Shown here: piece after piece, positions 56,239 through 64,000 of the stretch | How the letters are laid out: the number at the start of each line of letters is the position of its first letter | How positions within the stretch are numbered: position 1 is the stretch's first letter | Assembly (NCBI GenBank): GCA_965263155.1 | Contig: OZ253586.1 | Location: forward strand, 2,091,002-2,155,001 | DNA from: Dehalococcoidia bacterium | GTDB lineage: Bacteria; Chloroflexota; Dehalococcoidia; Lucifugimonadales; JAAXIE01 | Length of the DNA stretch: 64,000 nt | Direction of reading: 5' to 3' | Program-made: the position numbers and the translations under genes | The notes under the pieces: generated by a model | The model's input: the letters and a program-made list of their open reading frames with translations, nothing else | Databases searched by the model: none | Told to the model about the DNA's origin: nothing

Positions 56239-58144
56239 CGCCGAGCACATCCTGATAGAACATAGCCCGCCTTTGGAACGCTTTAACACCCCCTTCCATC
56301 ACGGATGTTATTGCCCTCGCCGTAGCAGGAACGTCTAGCTTACCGGTGTGTTCGACGAACCCGCGGCGCCCGTCTGACGCGAGTCGGACAACAAGATCTG
56401 CATCCCCAAGTACCGGGATATTTGCATTGTGTGACGCCAATATGAACTGGTCTCCTGCGTGCCGTTTTCGTAGCTGCTCAACTAACGTTTCGGTAATGAA
56501 CGCATTATCTAGATGATCTTCAGGTTGGTCAATGATCAGCAGCTCTCCGTGGCCACTCAGGAGAATGGGTAAGACGACTGTGCAACGCTGCCCTATAGAA
56601 AGTCGATTGGATCGCTTGTAGTCTATTCCGTCCAAGAGGGACATCTCCACTGCGTCGTCGATCGGGGCCGCAACAATGTCAGCGAGGCTATGTGACTGCA
56701 GATAAGTCATCATGTTTATTGCTCGTTCAGTAGTAATATCAGCTGCCTCTGTGATAGCGTCAATATCGCTGGATTCTACTGCCTCGACTAGTTCAAGAGG
56801 AGACATGCAGGCGGCGAGGAGGGGAGCTAAGGAATTATAGTGAAGACCACTTCCACGCAGCGCGCTCGCGATGATATTCGCATAGCCATCGGTCATACCG
56901 GACTCGACTAGTTCGCTCCTTATTTCGGGACTAAGATCGGCGTTTAACTTCTGCGTGATCTGAAAACGAGACTTATATCGTTCAGTTCTGTCCTGCTCAA
57001 GTGCCTCAAAAATACGGCGTCGCAAAGCTTGAAGCTCCGCGACTCGCTTAGTGCGCTCATCTGCGAGAACTTCTAATGCTCCCAGCTGAGCTTCGCGTTC
57101 TGTAAGAATCTCCACTTGTCTCGTCAGTGCTCCTGCACCCGCCTGCAGTTCCTCCAATGCACGGCGAGACGCTCGGGCCTTCTCATCCGTTAGGAGGCGG
57201 TCGGAGGAATTGTCAGTAATGAGCACCTGAATATCGGACTCTGCAGATTCTAGGATGGCGATAGTGGTTCTTAGGGCTTGCGCGGCTGCGGTACTCCTTT
57301 GCCGAATCCCCGATAGGAGATCATTTTCGCCAGCGCTGTCGGGCCATGGCTCGATTGTTCGCAGTCCCTCGGCGATATTGACCAGGGTCTGGCGCAAACT
57401 GCCCAGCGTGGTCGTGGTCCTGTCGTAGACGCCACTCCTGACCCCAAGAATGGCAGCCCGAGCTTGGAGCTCCGCAAGCTCTCGGCGATCGTTTTCAGTC
57501 GTTGCAATTGACTTGAGCAAATCTCTTTGCTGTTCGACCGCATGAAGCCGCTCACTACGGACCGTCTGCATGTCCGAGATTTGCTCGCTAATGGATCTGA
57601 GTTCATCCCGTACGCCGCTAATCTCTGCCGTAATTGAGCGCAAAGTCGAAGTGAGAGAAACCCGTCGCTGGTCAATTTCTCCCCTATTGAGCCTGAAGCG
57701 ATCGATTAGGAGAAGCCTACCAGTCGCCTGTGCGCCAACCGCTTCGATCTCACTTTGCGCAAGAACCGTGACAGGTGGAATCTGTCGGGTGGATCGAGGA
57801 ACCTCGTCGCGAGCGGCCCGGGTCACAACGAAACGCTCGCCTGCATCTCGAAGGACCAAAGAGATTTGTCCGCCCTGAAGAACACTGAGCGCCTGCTGAT
57901 GTCCTCGGCGCGCTGCGTCCTCGGTGAAGGCTGAAGCTCCAAGGGCGAATCTAATGAGCTCTATCAACGATGTCTTTCCAGTTCCACGGGCGCCAATGAG
58001 GACATTCAACCCAGGAACGAACTCGACATTAAGACCATTTAGGAATCCATCCTCAATCTGCACTTGCTCTATAAGCACTTTTGCACTCCAGGCTTGCTTT
58101 AGCGGTATGTGAGACGTTACTAATTCGAAAGCTAGGCGCGTCAT
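56225..58144 (-). CDS. SMC/Rad50-like ABC ATPase with a long central helical insert
   Basis: The likely start is ATG 58144 (MTRLAFELV). The listed 58240 start reads through from the HyuB remnant. Walker A is GARGTGKTS. The middle of about 350 aa is Q/E/R/L-rich. The signature-like motif is LSIGQR and Walker B is LLIIDQPEDHLD, followed by ILASHNANIPV. Confidence 0.85.
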   Translation of the reverse strand: MTRLAFELVTSHIPLKQAWSAKVLIEQVQIEDGFLNGLNVEFVPGLNVLIGARGTGKTSLIELIRFALGASAFTEDAARRGHQQALSVLQGGQISLVLRDAGERFVVTRAARDEVPRSTRQIPPVTVLAQSEIEAVGAQATGRLLLIDRFRLNRGEIDQRRVSLTSTLRSITAEISGVRDELRSISEQISDMQTVRSERLHAVEQQRDLLKSIATTENDRRELAELQARAAILGVRSGVYDRTTTTLGSLRQTLVNIAEGLRTIEPWPDSAGENDLLSGIRQRSTAAAQALRTTIAILESAESDIQVLITDNSSDRLLTDEKARASRRALEELQAGAGALTRQVEILTEREAQLGALEVLADERTKRVAELQALRRRIFEALEQDRTERYKSRFQITQKLNADLSPEIRSELVESGMTDGYANIIASALRGSGLHYNSLAPLLAACMSPLELVEAVESSDIDAITEAADITTERAINMMTYLQSHSLADIVAAPIDDAVEMSLLDGIDYKRSNRLSIGQRCTVVLPILLSGHGELLIIDQPEDHLDNAFITETLVEQLRKRHAGDQFILASHNANIPVLGDADLVVRLASDGRRGFVEHTGKLDVPATARAITSVMEGGVKAFQRRAMFYQDVLGDGHG

Positions 58145-58166
58145 TGTAATCTTTTGGGGACTGACG

Positions 58167-58998
58167 CTAGGTCTGGCCTCGTGAGGACACCAAGCCTCCT
58201 GCGCAATAGTCGCATACCATAACCGAAGCGTCCACTCCATAGTCCTGGGCTGCCTGGTCGGGGGTGATGTAGCCGTTGATGAGGTCTTGTTGGATGCTCT
58301 GGGGGTTGCCGTAGCCTCCGGCGCCGGCTACGTCGTAGGCGATGGAGTAGCCGTCTCGGAGACGGGGAAGGCGGGGCCCTTGCTGTTGCGGGTGTCGCGG
58401 TTGCCTTGGGGGTCGACTACGTGGACGCTGGTGGGGGCGCCAGCGTGGCCTCCCTGCAGCCGAAGGGTGGCGACTTGGTGCGCTCGCAGCAGATGGTGGC
58501 GGTGGCGGTGTGGCCCAAGACACGCCATTCGCGACGCACCCCGCAGCCTCCACGGTACTGGCCTGCGCCACCGCTGTCGGGACGATTTCGTACTTGTCCA
58601 CCTGCACTGGGAAGCGCATCTCCAGCTCCTCCACAGGGGTCTTCATGGTGTTGCTGATGCCTGCCTTCACCGCGTCGATGCCGTCCTGATTGGGGCAGGC
58701 GCCCATGCCACCGCCGAGGGTCTCGTAGCTGACGTAACGCTGGCCGGTGCGGGGGTCCTGGCCTCCGAGGGTCAGGATGGCGGAGGTGCCTTGGGAGCAG
58801 GCTAGGGCGCGCTCGGGGTAGCCTTGGGCCACGGCACCGAACACCATGTCAGCGATTGCGGTGGGTCATCTCGTGGTTGGCGTAGACGACCGGGGCGGGG
58901 GGCAGCACGTTGACCACGCTGCCTTCTGGGGCAACGACGTCGACGGCGCGCCAAGTGCCGGAGTTGGGGGGAATGATGTCGTTGGGGTCGTTGATCAT
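58167..58998 (-). pseudogene. hydantoinase B/oxoprolinase (HyuB) family, truncated at both ends and frameshifted
   Basis: The pieces are ..NSGTWRAVDVVAPEGSVVNVLPPAPVVYANHEM..; ..AILTLGGQDPRTGQRYVSYETLGGGMGA...NTMKTPVEELEMRFPV..; and ..GAGGYGNPQ....ITPDQAAQDYGV. They lie in at least 3 frames. Confidence 0.75.
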
Positions 58999-59089
58999 CA
59001 ACCTTCGCGCCAAGGGCTACTAGCCAGCATGGTCATAGGAAGGGTCAAAAGGCCTAAACACTCACGGTCACCAACACTTGAGACTTCCT

Positions 59090-59401
59090 TTAGCACGCAA
59101 CACCATCAGGGTTGGCGTTCTTCCGAGGTCGGCCGCCTCGCCGTTTGGACGGTTCTTCCCAGAAGTATATCTCTGCCCCGACCCGCTTTATCTGGATATT
59201 CTTCCCAGAAGCTTTCACCGCAGAGCCCAGGCGACGGCGCAAGGTAGCCACGGCTTCGCCGTGTGAGGGCGTGAGCTTGCCTGCCTCGTCACGACCTAGT
59301 TGGTCAATGAACTGAGAGTACTCCCGTATGACATCGGAACGGTCTCTGGAGAATGAAGACACAATTGCCTGCTGTCGTGGTACGAGCTCGAACTCCGGCA
59401 T
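59090..59401 (-). CDS. small basic protein with an AT-hook-like C-terminus; paralogue of 40393..40692
   Basis: 103 aa: MPEFELV...DEAGKLTPSHGEAVATLRRRLGSAVKASGKNIQIKRVGAEIYFWEEPSKRRGGRPRKN. A GGAAGGAGA SD lies upstream. Confidence 0.7.
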   Translation of the reverse strand: MPEFELVPRQQAIVSSFSRDRSDVIREYSQFIDQLGRDEAGKLTPSHGEAVATLRRRLGSAVKASGKNIQIKRVGAEIYFWEEPSKRRGGRPRKNANPDGVAC

Positions 59402-59433
59402 GGGAGATCTCCTTCCTTGGGATGGCTGGGCGG

Positions 59434-59442
59434 ATTATATCA
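59434..59442 (-). promoter_or_regulatory. extended -10 promoter element (TGATATAAT on the minus strand)
   Basis: The reverse complement of 59434-59442 is TGATATAAT, about 32 nt upstream of ATG 59401. It mirrors the element at 40352-40360. Confidence 0.4.
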
Positions 59443-59659
59443 AGGCGAGGAGCAGCAACGAGAAACCGCTCGATGCGAGGTTATCACGCGAAATTCCAAG
59501 CGTCTCCAACGGCTGTTCCAAGATGCGAGACGTCAAGATTCAAACGCCCCGGAATTCCACGCGTTATCGCTATGGACCCTTGAAGAAAGGCCGACGCTGG
59601 CGTATGTGCCTGAAACTGCACGTTGAGCAGGCCGTGGCCCGCAAGATTGCGCTCAGCAG

Positions 59660-60448
59660 CTATCGTCCGTCCTGTCTATACCCCATGCACTCCTCGAAAT
59701 CTCTGGAGAAGGGATGCACTTTCCCGGTTTCCAGTACGCTGGCTGCACAGTGGCTATGAGGGTGTGGTTCCTGCTCGCTGGAGCTGTTTCTCCCCATCAA
59801 CTCATGGCGCAGGTGTTCCAGCACATGTTTCGTTGCCCCCATGCGCGCCAAGCATCGTAGATCCTGATAAAGTTCGGGCTCGCCCTCGCAGTATGACGTC
59901 AACGCCCTATCCGTCTCTTCCTCCCATACCAGAGCCATCCTGTCAGCCGTTCTCTGGGCGACCGGCAGGGCGGTGCCCAGCACCTGTCCTTCGTCCTCTT
60001 TTCTCACGCTGGGGAAGCTCCATCGCAGCCTGAGGTGTTGGAATCCCTGGTCTTCCAGCATCTCCTCCCAGGTGGCGAACTCACAAGTGGCATACGTCGT
60101 ATACCCGAGCTCGGCCTCAAGGAGTCGTGATGTCTTGGCCAGCTCGTGCCTTGAGTTGAAGCAATCATTGGTGTGCTCCTTCAGGGCTCGCGTCTGGTCG
60201 CCGTCCATGCCCATCGATCTTGCCAGTGCTTCCATCATGTCGGCCGATGCCTCCTCAAGGGAGGCAGTGATCCGGGGTTCCAGCCTGTCGCAGATGTCCA
60301 GCAGTGCTGACTGTTGCCGGGTCAGCAGGGGCTGTATGGCAGCCCGGAAAACCGTCCGGTCTTGCTTGCAGTAGTCGCATCCACAGGTCCTCAGGTAGTG
60401 GGACCCCATCCCTGGGCCTCGGCTCCGGTGGTAGGCCCTGCGCCGCAC
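59660..60448 (-). CDS. hypothetical protein (262 aa)
   Basis: This long ORF lies upstream of, and on the same strand as, 59090..59401. It has a Cys-rich N-terminus (CGCDYC). No family recognised. Confidence 0.45.
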   Translation of the reverse strand: MRRRAYHRSRGPGMGSHYLRTCGCDYCKQDRTVFRAAIQPLLTRQQSALLDICDRLEPRITASLEEASADMMEALARSMGMDGDQTRALKEHTNDCFNSRHELAKTSRLLEAELGYTTYATCEFATWEEMLEDQGFQHLRLRWSFPSVRKEDEGQVLGTALPVAQRTADRMALVWEEETDRALTSYCEGEPELYQDLRCLARMGATKHVLEHLRHELMGRNSSSEQEPHPHSHCAASVLETGKVHPFSRDFEECMGYRQDGR

Positions 60449-60454
60449 TTCTAG

Positions 60455-60700
60455 GTAGGAATCCCTGATGAACTCAGAGGTGACACCGTTACGGCGTCCA
60501 CCGAGGAGGGTGCGTACTCCTTTGCCGGGGTTCTGAGGGATTCGGACAAGGTCGAACAGTCGGTGGGAGGCCCTACCGAGCTAACCGTCAGCGCCACTCC
60601 CCCTCTGACTCCCACACCCATGCCGACACCAACACCGACGCCTAGTCCCACACCAGCTGCCCCTACGCCTTCCTCTACACCGCACGGTAGTCATGAATAG
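60455..60700 (+). pseudogene. 3' fragment of a secreted protein (PT-rich tail)
   Basis: The frame is open with no start codon: ..EEGAYSFAGVLRDSDKVEQSVGGPTELTVSATPPLTPTPMPTPTPTPSPTPAAPTPSS..*. Confidence 0.3.
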
Positions 60701-60933
60701 AGAGTTCTATCGAACCTCTACCCTAGCCCTGGACACACTTGTCGTATATGAGCAAGAGCACGAAGATACCCAAACCCAACAGCAACAGGCGTCAGTTCAA
60801 ATGTCATCCCCTCACAAATAATGATCGGGTTAGGGAAGGCAGAAAACCATCGCTCCAGGGTGAGGCACGACTGTGATAACGAAAGTGGTAACGAGATGAT
60901 ACGAACGCCAATTATAGCTATGTAAATCAGGTT

Positions 60934-62190
60934 GTGGGGCAGGGGGAGAGTTCGCCCGGAACTGGGGAGCCCGTGTGGAGCAACATCCTTGGGGCGACGG
61001 CGGCCAGCTATACGCCAGTGACGATGGATGCAGGGCGCGTACTACGCGCTGAGGTGACTTATCGGGACGGGAATGGAACAAACAGAAGTGCCGCCAGTGG
61101 CCCTACTGCTCGGGTTGACCAGCGGGGCATGGTTACGCTGTCTCCATCAATGCCGGTGGTGGGGGAAGTACTGACGGCGACGCTGACTGATGAAGACGGG
61201 GATACTACCGGCGAGGTGTGGTTGTGGGAGAGATCCTTGGGGGGAAGCGCTGGCTCATGGGCGACCATTGATGGAGTGCTGATGGCGAGCTACACACCGG
61301 TGGCCCCTGCCGACGTAGGCGCGTTTCTGCGTGTCACGGTGACTTATAGCGATGGAATAGGGACTGGTAGGACCGCCGTCAGCGCGCCAACAGACCGACT
61401 GGACCAGCGGGGAGCCGTGGGATTGAGTTCCAATGTCCCGGATGTGGGCGTCCAGCTGACGGCAACGCTGACTGACCCAGACGGCATGATGACCAACGCG
61501 GAGTGGCGGTGGCAGTGGTCGCCGAGTAGCGGTATGCAGTCGTGGAACGATGTGCCGGGAGCGGAAGGCGCTACGTATTCGCCAACGACGGCTGACGAAA
61601 GGATGCTTCTGCGGGTCACAGTGGTCTACGACGATGCTATAGGCGGCGGGCGGATGGTGGCGAGTCCTGCTACCGATCGTGTGGGGAAGCCCGGGGTGGT
61701 CAGCTTGGACTCCGGCCTCCCAGTGGCGGGCACGGCGCTCACGGCAATGCTGACGGACCCAGACGATAGCATCGCCAATGTAGTGTGGCAATGGGAGAGC
61801 TCCGATTTTGGGGGCGAGCCTCCATGGGCGGTGGTTTCTGGTGCGGAGTCTGCCATCTATACACCGCAGCCAAGCGATGCGGGTCGTCGGCTGCGCGCAG
61901 CAGCAGTGTACAGCGACGCTAGGGGTGAAGGGCGAACAGCTAGGAGCTTGCCAACCGCACCCGTGGACCAGGAGGGCGCAGTCAGCCTGTCAACGTATAC
62001 GCCCGAGGTAGGCACAGGGGTAGTGGCCGCTTTGACCGACCCGGATGGAGGCGTGGCCAACGAGACGTGGCAGTGGGAGAGGCCGACGGATGACGACGGG
62101 AACGTTTCGGGTCATATGTGGCAGTGGGGGCGTGCAGCAGCGGATGCAGATGCAGCTATACGCCCCGAACCGATGATGGTGTGTGGGTAG
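60934..62190 (+). CDS. repeat protein with four to five units of about 95 aa each (W-x-W-E-R ... YTP...DAG..LR..V.Y.D); probably 5'-truncated
   Basis: Each unit reads (E/V)W.WERS.....W..I.GA....YTP...D.G..LR..V.Y.D..G..R.A.S..T..V...G.V.LS...P.VG..LTA.LTDPDG. There is no signal peptide at the listed start. Confidence 0.7.
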   Translation: MGQGESSPGTGEPVWSNILGATAASYTPVTMDAGRVLRAEVTYRDGNGTNRSAASGPTARVDQRGMVTLSPSMPVVGEVLTATLTDEDGDTTGEVWLWERSLGGSAGSWATIDGVLMASYTPVAPADVGAFLRVTVTYSDGIGTGRTAVSAPTDRLDQRGAVGLSSNVPDVGVQLTATLTDPDGMMTNAEWRWQWSPSSGMQSWNDVPGAEGATYSPTTADERMLLRVTVVYDDAIGGGRMVASPATDRVGKPGVVSLDSGLPVAGTALTAMLTDPDDSIANVVWQWESSDFGGEPPWAVVSGAESAIYTPQPSDAGRRLRAAAVYSDARGEGRTARSLPTAPVDQEGAVSLSTYTPEVGTGVVAALTDPDGGVANETWQWERPTDDDGNVSGHMWQWGRAAADADAAIRPEPMMVCG

Positions 62191-62248
62191 TCTCAGTCAG
62201 GAGTCCCCACGACTTGAGTTGCATGGGAGTATTCAGGAGCTAATAGCA

Positions 62249-62284
62249 GGAGCCTCCGGCCGGTCCGGACCGGCCGGGGGCTCC
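62249..62284 (+). terminator. GC-rich hairpin, possible terminator
   Basis: GGAGCCTCCGGCCGGTCCGGACCGGCCGGGGGCTCC is a near-perfect palindrome 59 nt after the stop. It is followed by ACTGATTTGC. Confidence 0.4.
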
Positions 62285-63140
62285 ACTGATTTGCAGCCAT
62301 TTGCGGCAACCTCGAATGATGCCGGGCAAAACTGTCACAGAGCCGACGATAGATGTTGACTGCCCAAGTTGCGACCTCTTCAGCGAGCTCCATCGGCTGA
62401 AGCCATAACACCCCAAGCCAAAAAAACTTAGGCGATCTGACATCTCGCCACCGGGTACGCTAATGCCCGACTGGTGCCCGGTCTCCGGGGAAGAGTTTCC
62501 CAACACCCCAGCTATGGAGTCCCACTTGTGGACCGCCCAGGCGTCCATGCCTCGAAGCGAGGACTTCGGGGATGTAGCGCCACCATCGAATCGACACCCC
62601 GACGCCGATCTGACCGGCCGAGTCGGGCCGAGGCTGATAACAAACGTGATAACAGCCTACCTGCTGCGTATCTACGCCATAGCTGAGACTGGGGACTGAC
62701 CCCTCACAGGTCGCCCGGCTTTTCTGGGGCCATTCTTGGGAGGGAAGCACCTAGAACCTCAGAATAAGGCGCCCCAGGCAACCCAAGCCTGTCCACAACC
62801 GGGAGATGCAGCCGTGACCAAAAATGGTTTCACAAATTTCAGTGAAATCAGCTACAGAAAAACGCGCGGCAGCTACGACCAGTCTGAAATCGCCGCTGGG
62901 AACCAGAAGGTCCTCCCCGCGCACCAATTGGGCCTCACTGTCGAACAAGCCGCGCGCTTCGCCGGTGTCTCCGCCCTCCCTGCGCTAGCCACTGGTGCCC
63001 CGATGTCTAGGCAGACGGGCAGCCTTCAACAATCGTAAGACCCTGGCCGGCTGGCCCCAGCGTTGACGGCTACCATAGTCGCAGATACACTCGCAAAGTC
63101 TGGCTGGGCCGCGCGCAAGCTGAAGCAGGAGCTATGGAAT

Positions 63141-64000
63141 ATGGGCTGGTCATCTCATCATCCATCGGGACTAATCCATTACTCGCCGAGCCGCAGCTTC
63201 CGCGGCTACACCCTCATCTGCACCGGAGGCGGCGGCGACGCCTATCTTCTGGACATGGAAGGCAGGGTATGCCACACATGGCGTTCAGAGGCGGGTATCG
63301 ATTACGCCTACCTGCTGCCCAATGGCAACCTGCTGCTGCGGGCCAACCCTCCTACGGAAGTCGATGTGGGGAACATCGGCGGCTCCTCCTCCAAGCTGGA
63401 GGAACTGGACTGGGACAGCAACCTTGTGTGGGAGCTGGACAATCCCATGGTGCACCACGACTTCGAGAGGTTGTCCAACGGCAACACGCTGGCCCTGCTC
63501 TTTGAGCGCATGCCCGTCGATTTGTCCGCCAGAGTGCAGGGAGGCTACGTCAGCGACAACGACCCACAAGAGATGGTCAGCGACATGGTGCAGGAAATCA
63601 CTCCCGACGGCTCGGTCGTATGGGAGTGGCACGCTTGGCAACACTTGGACGTGCAGGAAGACCTGATTTGCCCTCTGGAGGGTCGACGCGAGTGGACTCA
63701 CCAGAACACCTTGAACGTCATGCCCAACGGCGACCTGCTGGTCAGCTTCCGCCAGACTAGCGTCATCGCTATCGTGGACAAGGCAACAGGCAACTTCAGC
63801 TGGAAGTGGGGACCGGGCCAAATATCCCATCAGCACCACCCTACTCCCTTGGAGAACGGCCGGATATTACTGTTCGATAACGGCGCTCACCGGAGAGGCG
63901 TCAACTTTTCCCGCATCCTAGAAGTAGACCCCAACACCAACGAAATCGGCTGGGAGTATCGGGGCGACCCGCCCATCTCCTTCTACAGCTACAACATAAG
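63141..64000 (+). CDS. arylsulfotransferase (ASST)-like beta-propeller protein, partial (runs off the window)
   Basis: It is absent from the ORF track because there is no stop in the window. The frame is open from 63039 and ATG 63141 is the likely start. Motifs: GYTLICTGGGGDAYLLDMEGRVCHTW, LLPNGNLLL, ELDWDSNLVWE, HHDFERLSNGNTLAL, ITPDGSVVWEWHAWQH, WTHQNTLNVMPNGDLLVSFR, AIVDKATGNFSWKWG, QHHPTPLENGRILLFDNG. Confidence 0.8.
   Translation, partial: MGWSSHHPSGLIHYSPSRSFRGYTLICTGGGGDAYLLDMEGRVCHTWRSEAGIDYAYLLPNGNLLLRANPPTEVDVGNIGGSSSKLEELDWDSNLVWELDNPMVHHDFERLSNGNTLALLFERMPVDLSARVQGGYVSDNDPQEMVSDMVQEITPDGSVVWEWHAWQHLDVQEDLICPLEGRREWTHQNTLNVMPNGDLLVSFRQTSVIAIVDKATGNFSWKWGPGQISHQHHPTPLENGRILLFDNGAHRRGVNFSRILEVDPNTNEIGWEYRGDPPISFYSYNI

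Noticed and set aside
58145-58240. N-terminal extension of the SMC-like ATPase ORF (listed start 58240)
   Set aside because: The extra 32 codons read through the junction into the HyuB remnant. ATG 58144 begins the AT-rich cassette sequence and gives a normal ABC ATPase N-terminus.

Overview
This 64-kb window is a mosaic accessory region that is heavily invaded by insertion sequences. All family names below come from recognising motifs by eye, not from database searches.

**Likely origin.** The DNA is fairly GC-rich. Its surface-protein content suggests a host-associated genome, perhaps from a Chloroflexota-like or sponge symbiont. That is inference only.

**Mobile elements.**
- One IS5/IS1182-type element (about 1.34 kb, DUF772 + DDE transposase) is present in at least 8 copies or fragments. 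Only one copy looks intact.
- One IS701-family element sits exactly at a head-to-head junction between two of those copies.

**Intact-looking genes.**
- recN and a vapBC toxin-antitoxin pair.
- Two tandem DSD1-like PLP enzymes.
- A partial arylsulfotransferase-like gene that runs off the 3' end of the window.
- Many large secreted or surface repeat proteins: two RCC1-repeat lipoproteins, a 1218-aa LRR + 7x cadherin-like adhesin, a lipoprotein with a near-perfect 600-bp tandem duplication, a collagen-like/trypsin-like protease fusion, and an HExxH protein.

**Decayed genes.** Many genes are broken. These include FAH, EEP nuclease, ProV-like ATPase, intradiol dioxygenase, HyuB, serine recombinase, TIR-like and wHTH remnants.

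**Most interesting part (about 46.9-58.2 kb).** This is an AT-richer island with two tightly coupled, defence-like three-gene operons.
- Operon (i): a DUF262 protein, a DUF3696-type ABC ATPase and an unknown protein.
- Operon (ii): an SMC/Rad50-like ATPase, a soluble histidine kinase and a receiver domain fused to a kinase-fold effector. It resembles Detocs in logic but does not match any named system I know.
- An orphan PD-(D/E)xK/CoiA-like protein also lies in the island.

No rRNA, intact tRNA or CRISPR array was seen.
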